A stretch of 24,320 nucleotides of DNA from contig CBFGKC010000004.1 of NCBI GenBank assembly GCA_965649265.1, positions 1-24,320 of the forward strand, in the 5' to 3' direction. This document shows positions 14,312-23,812 of this stretch, in pieces. The notes under the pieces were generated by a model, which did not search any database, was not told the origin of the DNA, and saw nothing but the letters and a program-made list of their open reading frames with translations. The first letter of the stretch is position 1. Every line of letters begins with the position of its first letter. The position numbers and the translations under genes are program-made. The DNA is from a candidate division WOR-3 bacterium (GTDB lineage: Bacteria; Hydrothermota; Tepidihabitantia; B3-TA06).

Positions 14312-14481
14312 GGTATCTCCTGCAGGCTTTGCTCCTTCTCGATTTCCTTTTCCCGCTTGCGAGACTTCTTGCGGCCGGGCTTTTCTTCCTTGCGTTCGCT
14401 CCAGCGTACGTCCTTTGAAGGCCGCGGATGCTTCGGTTTATCCTTGATCACTTTCTTCTCGCGCTTGATACCACCGTTCAC
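14308..14481 (-). CDS. 57-aa highly charged, Lys/Arg-rich small protein
   Basis: GTG overlaps the dapF stop (GTGA); MNGGIKREKKVIKDKPKHPRPSKDVRWSERKEEKPGRKKSRKREKEIEKEQSLQEIP. Confidence 0.55.
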   Translation of the reverse strand: MNGGIKREKKVIKDKPKHPRPSKDVRWSERKEEKPGRKKSRKREKEIEKEQSLQEIP

Positions 14482-15275
14482 GAAATCTCGATTTCCCCCT
14501 TGAAGACAATCGCGGTCTCGCCGCCCAGCATAACGTTCGTGATTCCATCACCTGTTTCGTCAAAATTTACAACAAGCAGTCCACCGGGGAAGCTGAGCTC
14601 CACAGGCGGACTCGATCCCCTGATCGAATGGAGAACCGCCGCCACAGCCACCGCGCCTGTTCCGCAGGCAAGGGTCTCGGCCTCTACCCCGCGCTCGTAC
14701 GTTCTTACCCGCACCTTTCCGTCCCGACCGATCTCGACGAAATCGGCGTTGGTGCCCTGGGGTGCGAGACGCTCATGGAACCTAATCCTCCGGCCTGTCT
14801 CCGCCACGTCTACGTCGTCGATCTGTTCGACAAAAACGACCGCGTGTGGAACGCCTGTGTTGACGAAGTGGATGGGGGAGGGGAGTCCTGCAATATCGAT
14901 ATCCAGTTCCATCCCCGAAGGATCAGGCAGCGAGACGGAAGGCTTTCCTTCGCGAACGAGTCCTGTGTGTTCGCCCACGTCGGATACGAATTTCATCGTG
15001 TCTTTTGCAATACGTTCCGTCCAGGCGAAGAGCACGAGCGAGCGGCCGCCGTTGCCGCAGAACTCCGCTCTAGAACCGTCCGAATTGAAGTACACCATGC
15101 GAAAGTCATAGCCCTTCTCCTCGCGCACGAGAAGGATGCCGTCAGCGCCTATGCCCTTGCGTCGGTCGCAGAGCGCGGGCGCGATGCGCGAGAAGTACTC
15201 GTCCGGCTGCTGTGGAAACTTGAAAACCACGAAGTCGTTTCCCGCGCCGTGAACCTTTGTGAATGTAAGCGTCAT
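14478..15275 (-). CDS. dapF: Diaminopimelate epimerase
   Basis: FTKVHGAGNDF, GIGADG, AEFCGNGGR, NTGVPH, RTYERGVEAETLACGTGA. Confidence 0.96.
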   Translation of the reverse strand: MTLTFTKVHGAGNDFVVFKFPQQPDEYFSRIAPALCDRRKGIGADGILLVREEKGYDFRMVYFNSDGSRAEFCGNGGRSLVLFAWTERIAKDTMKFVSDVGEHTGLVREGKPSVSLPDPSGMELDIDIAGLPSPIHFVNTGVPHAVVFVEQIDDVDVAETGRRIRFHERLAPQGTNADFVEIGRDGKVRVRTYERGVEAETLACGTGAVAVAAVLHSIRGSSPPVELSFPGGLLVVNFDETGDGITNVMLGGETAIVFKGEIEIS

Positions 15276-15282
15276 ATAATGA

Positions 15283-15311
15283 ATATTAGTCCTCAATTTG
15301 ATCGGTGTCAA
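15283..15311 (-). promoter_or_regulatory. Promoter TTGACA-N17-TAATAT, probably leaderless dapF
   Basis: -10 ends 7 nt before ATG 15275; no SD. Confidence 0.65.
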
Positions 15312-15409
15312 CGCAAACCAGACGCGCCGATCATCCCTCTCACACTAACAATATGGACATCTAACTGGGTCCCCGAAAAGAGACGAAGTATCTTTTTGGG
15401 TTGATTCTA

Positions 15410-16723
15410 TCAGGCCTTTACTATTTTCTCGCGGCCTTCCTTGATGTTCTTAGTCGCGTTGCGTGTGTCCACGACGAGCTTTGCGTTCTTAACGACTTTC
15501 GCGTAGTTGACGTTGTCGTGATCGGTCACGATGATGACGACGTCATACTTCTTAAGATTCTCGGGGGTAAGGGCAACACTCTTCTTGTCGAACTCGTAGT
15601 GCCTTGTGGGCGGAATCTTGGGGATGTAGGGATCGTGATAGTCAACCTTCGCGCCCTTATCAATGAGAAGTTCCATGAGTCTCAGAGCAGGCGACTCGCG
15701 CATGTCGTCGACGTTTTTCTTGTATGCGATGCCGAGCATGAGAACCTTCGCGCCGTTAAGCGAGCGCTTTCGGTCGTTGAGGACATCCATGAGCTTGGTC
15801 ACGACCCAGCGCGGCATCGAGGTGTTTATCTCGCCGGCCAGTTCTATGAACCTGGTGGGAATCTCGAACTCGTGAGCCTTGTATGTCAGATAGAAAGGAT
15901 CGATCGGGATGCAGTGCCCGCCGAGCCCGGGTCCCGGGTAGAAGGGCATGAACCCGAAGGGTTTTGATGATGCGGCGCGAATGACCTCCCACACGTCTAT
16001 GCCCATTGCGTCGAGTATGACCTTCATCTCGTTGACGAGCGCGATGTTGACGCTGCGGAAGGCATTTTCGAAAATCTTTGTCGCCTCGCCCGCCTCGGCG
16101 GATGACACGGGCACCGTCTTATCGAGCACGGCGTCGTAAAGTGCCGTCGCGAGCGCCAGGCTCTTCCCTGAGTTTGCGCCCACAACCTTGGGGATGTTCT
16201 TGGTGTTGTACTGCGGATTGTTGGGGTCCTCGCGCTCGGGGGAGTAGGCAAGCCAGAAATCCTTGTGCGCCTCGAGCCCTGAAAGTGTCTCGAGAATCGG
16301 TCGCATTATCTCTTCGGTCGTTCCCGGAAAGGTCGATGATTCCAGAACCACAAGCTGGCCCTTTACCAGGTAGGGCCCTATCTGCTCGGCTGTGCCCGTG
16401 ATGTATGAAAGGTCGGGCTGCAGATGCTCGTCTAGGGGGGTCGGCACGCATACGAGAAGCGTGTCCGACTCCGGCGTGCGCTTGAAATCCGACGTCGCGA
16501 CGAGGAGTTTCTTATCCACCGCCTTCTTGATCCTCGCAGACGGAATGTGCTTTATGTAGCTCTTGCCCGCGTTGAGAGCTTTCGACTTTTCCTTGTCTAT
16601 GTCATAACCTATTACGCGGAATCCCTCCTCGGCGAAGGTGAGCGCCAGTGGAAGACCCACGTAGCCCATTCCTACCACCCCGATTACCGCCTTCTTTTCC
16701 TTTATCCTTTGAACTGTGAGCAT
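15410..16723 (-). CDS. UDP-N-acetyl-D-glucosamine 6-dehydrogenase (WbpA-like nucleotide sugar dehydrogenase)
   Basis: GMGYVG, CVPTP, LESSTFPGTT, SPEREDP, GPGLGGHCIPIDP, YKKNVDDMRESP. Start moved to ATG 16723 after AAGGAG. Confidence 0.92.
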   Translation of the reverse strand: MLTVQRIKEKKAVIGVVGMGYVGLPLALTFAEEGFRVIGYDIDKEKSKALNAGKSYIKHIPSARIKKAVDKKLLVATSDFKRTPESDTLLVCVPTPLDEHLQPDLSYITGTAEQIGPYLVKGQLVVLESSTFPGTTEEIMRPILETLSGLEAHKDFWLAYSPEREDPNNPQYNTKNIPKVVGANSGKSLALATALYDAVLDKTVPVSSAEAGEATKIFENAFRSVNIALVNEMKVILDAMGIDVWEVIRAASSKPFGFMPFYPGPGLGGHCIPIDPFYLTYKAHEFEIPTRFIELAGEINTSMPRWVVTKLMDVLNDRKRSLNGAKVLMLGIAYKKNVDDMRESPALRLMELLIDKGAKVDYHDPYIPKIPPTRHYEFDKKSVALTPENLKKYDVVIIVTDHDNVNYAKVVKNAKLVVDTRNATKNIKEGREKIVKA

Positions 16724-16752
16724 CAAGACTCCTTTTGGGTTCTTTGAATCGA

Positions 16753-16813
16753 AGCTTATCTGGGTCTGGAAAAAAGTCAACAGCTTGACAATCACGGTTG
16801 CTTAATCTAAAAT
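16753..16813. promoter_or_regulatory. Back-to-back divergent promoters: TTGACT-N16-TAAGCT (-) and TTGACA-N17-TAAAAT (+)
   Basis: -35 hexamers 4 bp apart (AGTCAA-CAGC-TTGACA). Confidence 0.7.
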
Positions 16814-16832
16814 ACGCTCCAAGGAGGCTTAA

Positions 16833-18779
16833 GTGCAGCGTGTCGTTTTAACAATACTTGCAGTGTCGGCACTGTGTTTTGCAGCCGATCCGGTGGACAA
16901 GGTCCTTGCCAAGGGAAAGCTCTCGAGGACCGACGTCCGTTTCGACAGGCAGTTAATGGATTTCTACGGCGGCGGGCCGTATCGCCTGAAGATATACGAT
17001 CTCATGGTCGACAGGCCGCTTGAGATTCCCTATTACAATCACCTTTTCGTTCACCAGTTGTTCGAGGGTTCACCCTCCATCGCGCGAGGCATGTTCTTTG
17101 CGTCCATGCGGACGGACGAATCCGTCAGGCGCGGTTTGATCTCTCATCCGGTGTCTATTTTCAAAGAAGAGCTCAAGGATGGTAATCCGAAAATCATCAC
17201 CGCTCTCGACCGCTTGAACGAGGTCGCCGGTAAAAAGAACGTCGTTTACGATTTCAGGCTTCCGCAAATGCCGCAGGAACTGGAAGAGGCGCTTGCGGTA
17301 CTGCTTCTTGCCTCGGCCCAGGCCGTAGAGTACCGGGATCTCGCGTTCCGGCATCTTTCCCAGGACGAGCAGGCAAGGCTCAGGGACAAGGCACTGGCAT
17401 ACATTACAGATGACGCGTCGCTGTCCATCGAGGATTCGTACTTCGTGGAGGAGTGCATAGGCCGCGTCGAGTATTCAATAATGTATGCCGGTCTTGAAGA
17501 CCTGGCGCTCGTTCTGGATTCCATAATACCATTGATCGATTCGTTCAAGGAAAGCCTTCCGGAGTTAGAGTTCCCGACCCCGTTCGGGGAGGTCAAGATC
17601 GCTGGGAAAGGCGACGACACATACGATTCCGGCTACCTTCTTCTAATTGAACCCGGAGGAGACGACTTGTACTCGAGCGCCGGTTCAAACGCGGGCGCTG
17701 ACATGCCTTTGAGCGTTGTTATTGATCTTGTGGGTGACGATCGCTATTTGTCCGATAAAACTGAACCATCCCTTGCCGCAGGCGTTACGGGCGCAGGTTT
17801 CCTGGTCGATTGGGCCGGAAACGATTTCTACTCGTCCGCCTCACCGGGGGAAGGTGCGGGGCTTTTCGGCGCAGGCGTTCTCTACGACCGCGAAGGCGCC
17901 GATCACTACGAGGGGTTTTCGCACTGCCAGGCTTCGGGTACGTTCGGAGCGGGCATCCTCGTCGACGTATCCGGAGACGATGTCTACCATGCCTTTCACG
18001 CCTGCCAGGGGTACGGATTCACCAAGGGCTGCGGCCTGCTCCTCGATCTTGCCGGAAACGACTGTTACGTCGCCCGCAATGACTCCCTCGTGTTCCCCTC
18101 CCCCCAGTCCGGCGACTACAACGCATCAATGGCCCAGGGATTCGGGTTCGGCAAGCGCGCGGACTTCACGGATGGACACTCGCTCGCGGGCGGCATTGGA
18201 GTTCTTGCCGACGCGGCAGGAAACGATTCCTACGACGCCGGTGTTTTTGCTCAGGGCTGCGGTTACTGGTACGGGGTGGGTCTTCTCACCGACAACCAAG
18301 GCGACGATTCCTACGCCGGACCATGGTACGTTCAAGGGTCGGGCGCACACTTCGCGCTCGGCGTTCTCGATGACGTATCGGGAGCGGACACATTCACCGC
18401 GACAATCAACATGGCGCAGGGCGCCGGTCACGACTATTCCATCGGTTACCTGCTGGACGAGGCAGGAAACGATACCTACAACGCGCCAAATCTCTCGCTT
18501 GGCGGCGGCAACGCGAACGGCATCGGCATATTCCAGGACATGGCCGGCGACGACGTCTACAACGTTACGGCCGCGACCACGCTGGGGCTTGCCAACATCG
18601 GTTCGCGGGGGGGCATTCGCGACGGCTGCATTTGCCTGGGACTTTTCATGGACACGGGCGGCGGCTCTGATAAGTATCCTGACGGGAAAAAAGCGGCAAA
18701 CAACAAGTGCTGGTTCAATCCTGGAGCAGACACCATCAATCCCATTAGCACCGAAATAGGAATAGGCATAGATGAATAA
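16833..18779 (+). CDS. Secreted protein with ~12 'GxLxDxxGxDxY' repeats (probable Ca-binding beta-solenoid)
   Basis: AGGAGG RBS, signal peptide, repeats such as VIDLVGDDRY, LVDWAGNDFY, LLDLAGNDCY, LTDNQGDDSY. Confidence 0.85.
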   Translation: MQRVVLTILAVSALCFAADPVDKVLAKGKLSRTDVRFDRQLMDFYGGGPYRLKIYDLMVDRPLEIPYYNHLFVHQLFEGSPSIARGMFFASMRTDESVRRGLISHPVSIFKEELKDGNPKIITALDRLNEVAGKKNVVYDFRLPQMPQELEEALAVLLLASAQAVEYRDLAFRHLSQDEQARLRDKALAYITDDASLSIEDSYFVEECIGRVEYSIMYAGLEDLALVLDSIIPLIDSFKESLPELEFPTPFGEVKIAGKGDDTYDSGYLLLIEPGGDDLYSSAGSNAGADMPLSVVIDLVGDDRYLSDKTEPSLAAGVTGAGFLVDWAGNDFYSSASPGEGAGLFGAGVLYDREGADHYEGFSHCQASGTFGAGILVDVSGDDVYHAFHACQGYGFTKGCGLLLDLAGNDCYVARNDSLVFPSPQSGDYNASMAQGFGFGKRADFTDGHSLAGGIGVLADAAGNDSYDAGVFAQGCGYWYGVGLLTDNQGDDSYAGPWYVQGSGAHFALGVLDDVSGADTFTATINMAQGAGHDYSIGYLLDEAGNDTYNAPNLSLGGGNANGIGIFQDMAGDDVYNVTAATTLGLANIGSRGGIRDGCICLGLFMDTGGGSDKYPDGKKAANNKCWFNPGADTINPISTEIGIGIDE

Positions 18780-20994
18780 AACAATGCTCCTTTTTGACCG
18801 TTTCAAGAAGATCGCAATTTCAGAAACCTCTAACCACCTCCAGTACACACAGTCAGGGATTATGACGATCTCATTAATGTTGCTTTTGTCTCTGGCTCTT
18901 TCCGCCTGCGCGCCCAGGGGATCGGAGAAGGCATCGTCCGCTCCGCGAGTGGAGGAAGTGAAGGCGGACAGCCTTCTTTCGCTTGGGTACTACTGGAAGG
19001 CCCTGCCGTACTACTCCAAAGCCCTTGATTCTTACAAGGAACCCCTGGAACAAAACCGCGTGCGGGCAAAACTCTACGGAGTCTTCTACTTCGAAAGACA
19101 GTGGGACTCCGCATTCGTATACGCTGAGTCTCTGCGGGAGACGCCCTGGTTCGACTCGCTTCCCGACAAGGGTATAGTCTACTTCAGGGCGCGCAAATAT
19201 GCGGAGCTTCTGACAATCGAAGGCGCGTCGCCGCTTTTGCGGGCCGAGGCCGCGTCCTGTCTGGGTCTTACCGATTCCGCAGGAACACTCTACGCGGAAG
19301 CCGAAAAGCTTTTGGGCGAGGTCGCGCGCGCAAGACGAGCTGAGGTTTACGCCCAGACCGGGAAGCCCGACAGCGCCGTTATCTTGCTCAAAACCGTCAG
19401 ACGTCCGACCTCCGCGCAGAAGAGGCTTCTGGTGAAACTGCTCTTCGAGAGCAAGGCCTACAGCGACCTGCCCGGCGCGATCGCTGTACTCCCCGGTGAG
19501 CAGGAGAGGCTCGAGGCCCTCATACGACTCTACGATATGGTGGGCGACGCTAAAAAGCTCCGCAGAACCCGGTTCGAACTACTCCGCGTCGCTCCCTGGT
19601 CTCCAGTCGCGCAGAGCGCGGCAGCGGTTGTTACAGCCGAAGGCGCCGAGGAAACCTACCTGGTTGCACGCGGGCTATCGTACAAGGATGCGGTCAAGGC
19701 TCTTTCCCTGTTCGAGGAGGCGGAAAGGAAGGGCTACTCTTCCGAACGCTGCCGCATGGAGCGCGCGCAGATACTCTACAACCAGAAACGCTACGCCGAG
19801 GCTTACCCGTTTCTTTCGGGCATGGAATCCGACGAAGCCAGGTTCCTTCTTGCCAAGGTTCTCGTTGCCCAGGGCGGGCCGGCGGAGGCGATGAAGGTTC
19901 TCGCCGACGTCGCGGAGAGTTCTCAAAAAAGGGAAAGCAAGCATGAGGGATGGGACAGGCAGGCCACAATCCTTCAGCGCCTGGGTCGAAATCGCGAGGC
20001 GGCAGAGCTCTGCGCGAAGGGCGCGAGTGCGCTGGGCGACGAGGAACTCGGCCGCAGGGCGCTCGTCCTTTGGCTTTCCGAGCGCGACACCGTCATGGCC
20101 TTTCTCGCGCTTAAGGGAGGGGTCCCCCTTGACCCCGATGCGGCACTCTTCTTCCGTACAAGGATTTTTCCCGATTCCGCCGACTGGATACTCTCGCGTC
20201 TGGAGGCGAAGGATCCCTTCTCCTACTACTCGCTTTCGGCGCGCGGAGATATCGGCAGCGTGCCCGACCTTGCGTCGTGGTTCCGGGAGCTGGGCGACAC
20301 CGTCCAGAGTCTTGCGAACCGTGAGGATTCGATCCTCGAGAAACAGGCTTTCACCCTTGCAGAGGCGGGATTCTACGACGAGGCCTCGGCCAAACTCAAG
20401 AGCATCGAACATCCGCCGCTGTCAGTTATCTACAAATGGGCGAAGTGGTTTTCTGAACTCGGGGCCGACAACTGGGCCATAGACTGGTCCGAAACACTTC
20501 TCAGTCGGGCTCGCAAACTTGGTGTCAGGACACGACCGATGGAGGTCTTGAAACTTCAATACCCGCCTGTTTATGTTCCGCAAATCGAGAAAGAGGGCGT
20601 TGATCCCGCGCTCTTCCTCTCCCTCGTCCGCCAGGAGAGCTGGTTCAATCCCTCGGCCGTCTCACCCGCAAACGCTTACGGGCTTTGCCAGCTGCTTCCC
20701 GGAACCGCACGCGGAATGGACACGACCGTGACGCTCGATTCGCTCTTCGACGCGAGCGTGAGCATAAGGCTCGGTTCGAGGTTCCTTAAAAACATGCAGT
20801 CGCGGTTCGAGGGCCGCGAGGTCGCCTACCTGGCCGCGTACAACGCCGGGCCGGGTGCGGTCGACAACTGGCTCGGGTATCTTCCTGCCGACGACCCCCT
20901 GTTCGTTGAACTGGTTCCTTACGACGAGACCCGCAATTACGTGAAGCAGCTTCTGAAGGGTGAGATAATCTACCGCTCAATCTTGGATCGCTGA
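18772..20994 (+). CDS. TPR-containing soluble lytic transglycosylase (Slt-like) lipoprotein
   Basis: RQESWF..AVSPANAYGLCQL, AAYNAGPG, PYDETRNYV; lipobox LSAC; start may be ATG 18862. Confidence 0.92.
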   Translation: MNKTMLLFDRFKKIAISETSNHLQYTQSGIMTISLMLLLSLALSACAPRGSEKASSAPRVEEVKADSLLSLGYYWKALPYYSKALDSYKEPLEQNRVRAKLYGVFYFERQWDSAFVYAESLRETPWFDSLPDKGIVYFRARKYAELLTIEGASPLLRAEAASCLGLTDSAGTLYAEAEKLLGEVARARRAEVYAQTGKPDSAVILLKTVRRPTSAQKRLLVKLLFESKAYSDLPGAIAVLPGEQERLEALIRLYDMVGDAKKLRRTRFELLRVAPWSPVAQSAAAVVTAEGAEETYLVARGLSYKDAVKALSLFEEAERKGYSSERCRMERAQILYNQKRYAEAYPFLSGMESDEARFLLAKVLVAQGGPAEAMKVLADVAESSQKRESKHEGWDRQATILQRLGRNREAAELCAKGASALGDEELGRRALVLWLSERDTVMAFLALKGGVPLDPDAALFFRTRIFPDSADWILSRLEAKDPFSYYSLSARGDIGSVPDLASWFRELGDTVQSLANREDSILEKQAFTLAEAGFYDEASAKLKSIEHPPLSVIYKWAKWFSELGADNWAIDWSETLLSRARKLGVRTRPMEVLKLQYPPVYVPQIEKEGVDPALFLSLVRQESWFNPSAVSPANAYGLCQLLPGTARGMDTTVTLDSLFDASVSIRLGSRFLKNMQSRFEGREVAYLAAYNAGPGAVDNWLGYLPADDPLFVELVPYDETRNYVKQLLKGEIIYRSILDR

Positions 20995-21034
20995 CTTCCC
21001 GAACGCTCCCGGTCGATCAGTGAACGTAAAAAGA

Positions 21035-21056
21035 GAGAGGCGAACGATCGCCTCTC
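21035..21056. terminator. Terminator between convergent genes
   Basis: GAGAGGCGA-ACGA-TCGCCTCTC with A-run left and T-run right. Confidence 0.65.
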
Positions 21057-21103
21057 AAATTTTTCGTCAAGGGGGTAAATAACGGCTTCGACGAGAGAAT
21101 CGG

Positions 21104-22039
21104 CTACTCGTTAGTCTCCGATCCGTCGTCGGGCAGCGTAGCGCCTTCTTCGTAGACAACGTAGGGCATGCCGAGCGCGTAAGCTGAATATTCAGCCGCA
21201 GTGTCTGACGAGAGGGTTCCCCAGTAAATAAGATCGAACGCGGCGTGGCGAACGGAGATATTGGCAACAACTTTGTCGTCAGCTATAAGCCATGTGCCCG
21301 AAAACGTCCACGTGCCGTCTTTTTCGAAGTTTTTGCGGTAGGGGACGTCGGTTTTGCGGAAGTGCCGGCCGTGGTGCAGGTACGCCCAGCCGGAATCGGC
21401 GGCGGCCAGCTGGGTCGCAGTCAGAGTGACCGTTACTGTATCGCCCTTGAGCAGCCAGGGTAGATCGTTTATGCCGTAGAATTCAGTGGGGTCGTCTATA
21501 GTGATTGCCTCGCCTGAGGGAGATGCCGTGACCTCAATCTTTTCAATCCGGACCGGATGTGACGCGTCAGCGGTCCAAAGCCTGGCCGGCTGGATTTTTT
21601 CTATAACCCAGCGTTCCTTCACGTCGTTCCACTTAAGTGTGACCTCGCGGTACATGGTATCCGCTATCGGTCTGGATATCGTATCCAGAACGCCGTTGCC
21701 CGGAATGGTATCAATGTAGATCCTGCCCGTGATTGAGCGCGAAATCGAGGCCCACGCGGAGTCGCCGTTGACTTCAATAGTCACAACCCTTGTTGCATAG
21801 GTCAGCTGTCTGACCCACTTTGCGGGAACCGTATCCGGATACAACGCAACCTGCCATCCCGGAGCTCCGTTAGGGTTGGAAGTCGCGTCGTCGGTCACGC
21901 CGTCCGAGCCTTCGCCGGCAAAGTATGAGCTTACGAGAAGCTCTTCGATTAGAGCCTTGTCGTCCCTTATGCGGTTGCATCCCAGTGTTCCTGCTGCGAT
22001 CAATGCTATCGCGGCGAGGAAGAAAACCACTTTCTTCAT
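21104..22039 (-). CDS. Lipoprotein of unknown function
   Basis: AGGAGG RBS before ATG 22039; MKK + hydrophobic stretch + TLGC lipobox. Confidence 0.8.
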   Translation of the reverse strand: MKKVVFFLAAIALIAAGTLGCNRIRDDKALIEELLVSSYFAGEGSDGVTDDATSNPNGAPGWQVALYPDTVPAKWVRQLTYATRVVTIEVNGDSAWASISRSITGRIYIDTIPGNGVLDTISRPIADTMYREVTLKWNDVKERWVIEKIQPARLWTADASHPVRIEKIEVTASPSGEAITIDDPTEFYGINDLPWLLKGDTVTVTLTATQLAAADSGWAYLHHGRHFRKTDVPYRKNFEKDGTWTFSGTWLIADDKVVANISVRHAAFDLIYWGTLSSDTAAEYSAYALGMPYVVYEEGATLPDDGSETNE

Positions 22040-22089
22040 GCTGTTCCTCCTGGTTGTTTTTTTGCTGTTTCCGTTGTAAAGAACCGTAC

Positions 22090-22578
22090 TCATGGTCCTC
22101 CTCTTCCTCCTCTTACCTGGTCTATCATCCGTCTTACTTCGTGCTCGAACTCGACCTCAAAGATTATGAATCTTGCCTGCTGTTCCACCGAGAGTGTCGA
22201 GAGTATCTCCTCCCGTATCTTCGCGGTCGCATCCTGGTTCTCCTCCTCCCTCTTCTTCATGCGATTCATTATCTCCGAAAGTTTAGACTGGCCGGGAGAA
22301 TTTTTTTCGAGTTCCTGCTTCAGGAGGGCCAGGTCCTTTCTCTGCGCCTCGAAGTACGCCCTCGCGAGCGAATCGCGGCGGCTGAGCTTTGGCATGATGG
22401 TTGCCACCTGCTGGTCGTCGAGACCCAACTGCTCGCGCATCCGCACGATCCGCATGGCCGCAATCATCTCCATTGCTCTCTTTCCAGGGATGCTTGCGGG
22501 TCCTCCCACCGGATCCATCGGCTGCGCCGTCAGGGGCGCGGCAAATAGAATCGCGAATACTGGAATCATTCGTTTCAT
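22090..22578 (-). CDS. Periplasmic Spy/CpxP-like (heavy-metal sensor family) protein
   Basis: Signal peptide, LGLDDQQ and LSVEQQARF (LTxxQ-like) motifs, helical. Confidence 0.75.
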   Translation of the reverse strand: MKRMIPVFAILFAAPLTAQPMDPVGGPASIPGKRAMEMIAAMRIVRMREQLGLDDQQVATIMPKLSRRDSLARAYFEAQRKDLALLKQELEKNSPGQSKLSEIMNRMKKREEENQDATAKIREEILSTLSVEQQARFIIFEVEFEHEVRRMIDQVRGGRGGP

Positions 22579-23150
22579 AATGAAACTCCTTCCTGATCCT
22601 TGAATTGTTCCTTGATGAGAGAAACGAGGGCTTCCTCCTCATCCTCCTCCAATTCGCCGACGTAAGAGTAAATGTTGCGCGGAGACTGCTCCTCGTAACT
22701 CAAGAGATCTTCTTTGAAATTTTCATCCTCGTTCAAAAGCAGCACTGCGAGTTTCTGACCCTCACTCTCCGAAAGGCTGTCTGAACCTACCACGACCAGT
22801 CCTTCGTCATATGCCCTGGAAACGTTCTTGAAGGCGTCGCCTCCGAATACGACAGCGAAGAGAAGGGCCGCGGCCGGCAATGCGACCCATGACCATTTCA
22901 GACCCCATCTCATCCACCCGGCCCGATTGAGCATGCGCTGCGTTCCCCGGGACGGCTGGACCCACTCGATGGCCTTGAAATCGGGCGCCTCGTCCATCCT
23001 GGTTAAGGAAAGTGTTCTCTTGAGGCTCTCTAGTTCCCTTGCGCACGCCTTGCACTTCTTTAAATGAGCCTCGACCTCCGTCCTCTCGTCCTTTCCCAGG
23101 TCGCCATCCAGAAGGAGCAGGAGCTTGTTCCTGAAGCGGTCAGCGTTCAC
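22575..23150 (-). CDS. Zinc-finger (ZAS, zf-HC2) anti-sigma factor
   Basis: LDGDL...HLKKCKAC (HxxxCxxC), single TM helix, overlaps the sigma gene. Confidence 0.88.
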   Translation of the reverse strand: MNADRFRNKLLLLLDGDLGKDERTEVEAHLKKCKACARELESLKRTLSLTRMDEAPDFKAIEWVQPSRGTQRMLNRAGWMRWGLKWSWVALPAAALLFAVVFGGDAFKNVSRAYDEGLVVVGSDSLSESEGQKLAVLLLNEDENFKEDLLSYEEQSPRNIYSYVGELEEDEEEALVSLIKEQFKDQEGVSL

Positions 23151-23679
23151 CGACGAACTCCTTCAGGCTCCCGCGAAGCTTCAGAACCGCGTGGTGATAG
23201 CTTGCCTTGACCGCCCCTTCCGAGAGGCCCAGTATTTCGGCAATCTCCCGGTGCGAGCGCTCCTCCTCGTACCTCATGTGAAAAATGGCTCGCTGGCGTG
23301 CGGGCAGCTCATCGACGGCCTTTGTGACGGCTTCTTTAAGCTCGTTCGCCCGGGTTGCTGCCGAAGGTGTGGAGTTTGACGATATTGAATCCATATCGAG
23401 ATCGGCCCTGCGGTGCCTTGAAAGCTTGCGTATCCTGTTGAAGACGTGATTCATGGCTATCCTGTAAATCCAGGTCGAAAAAAGGGCGTCACCGCGAAAC
23501 CCTTTGAGCGCCTTGTAAGCCTTCACGAAGGTCTCCTGGACGGCGTCCTCGGCCTCGGTCCTGTCGCGCAAGAGCCTCCATGCCAGAAAGAGAAGCCTTT
23601 TTGAATACTTGTTGACAAGCAACCCGTAAAGGTCGCTTTCACCTTTGAGTATACGGTCAATGATTTCATTATCTTGCAT
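23140..23679 (-). CDS. ECF RNA polymerase sigma factor (SigW/RpoE-like)
   Basis: AEDAVQETFVKAY, FSTWIYRIAMN, SHREIAEILGLSEGAVK. Confidence 0.95.
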   Translation of the reverse strand: MQDNEIIDRILKGESDLYGLLVNKYSKRLLFLAWRLLRDRTEAEDAVQETFVKAYKALKGFRGDALFSTWIYRIAMNHVFNRIRKLSRHRRADLDMDSISSNSTPSAATRANELKEAVTKAVDELPARQRAIFHMRYEEERSHREIAEILGLSEGAVKASYHHAVLKLRGSLKEFVGER

Positions 23680-23694
23680 TCCTCTAACCTTTTT

Positions 23695-23719
23695 GACACC
23701 CTAATGTCCTTAAGGTTTA
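23695..23719 (-). promoter_or_regulatory. Possible autoregulatory ECF promoter TAAAC-N16-TGTC
   Basis: AAC/GTC bipartite motif just upstream of the ECF gene. Confidence 0.4.
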
Positions 23720-23744
23720 ACGAACCGTCGTATTCACGAACTAT

Positions 23745-23804
23745 ATCATAAATAACTCCTTTCCCGTGTCAAGGCATTGACAAAACCGCTATCGCGAATA
23801 TCCT
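23745..23804. promoter_or_regulatory. Back-to-back divergent promoters: TTGACA-N16-TATGAT (-) and TTGACA-N16-TATCCT (+)
   Basis: -35 hexamers 4 bp apart (TGTCAA-GGCA-TTGACA). Confidence 0.7.
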
Positions 23805-23812
23805 TCCCCATA

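Noticed and set aside
14075-15967. Long alternative ORFs (14127..14447, 14428..15111, 14628..15404, 15401..15967)
   Set aside because: Antisense shadows of GC-rich dapF and the dehydrogenase, or spanning terminator and palindromes.
17716-18848. 347-aa and 240-aa overlapping ORFs
   Set aside because: Off-frame or antisense shadows of the Gly/Asp repeat gene.
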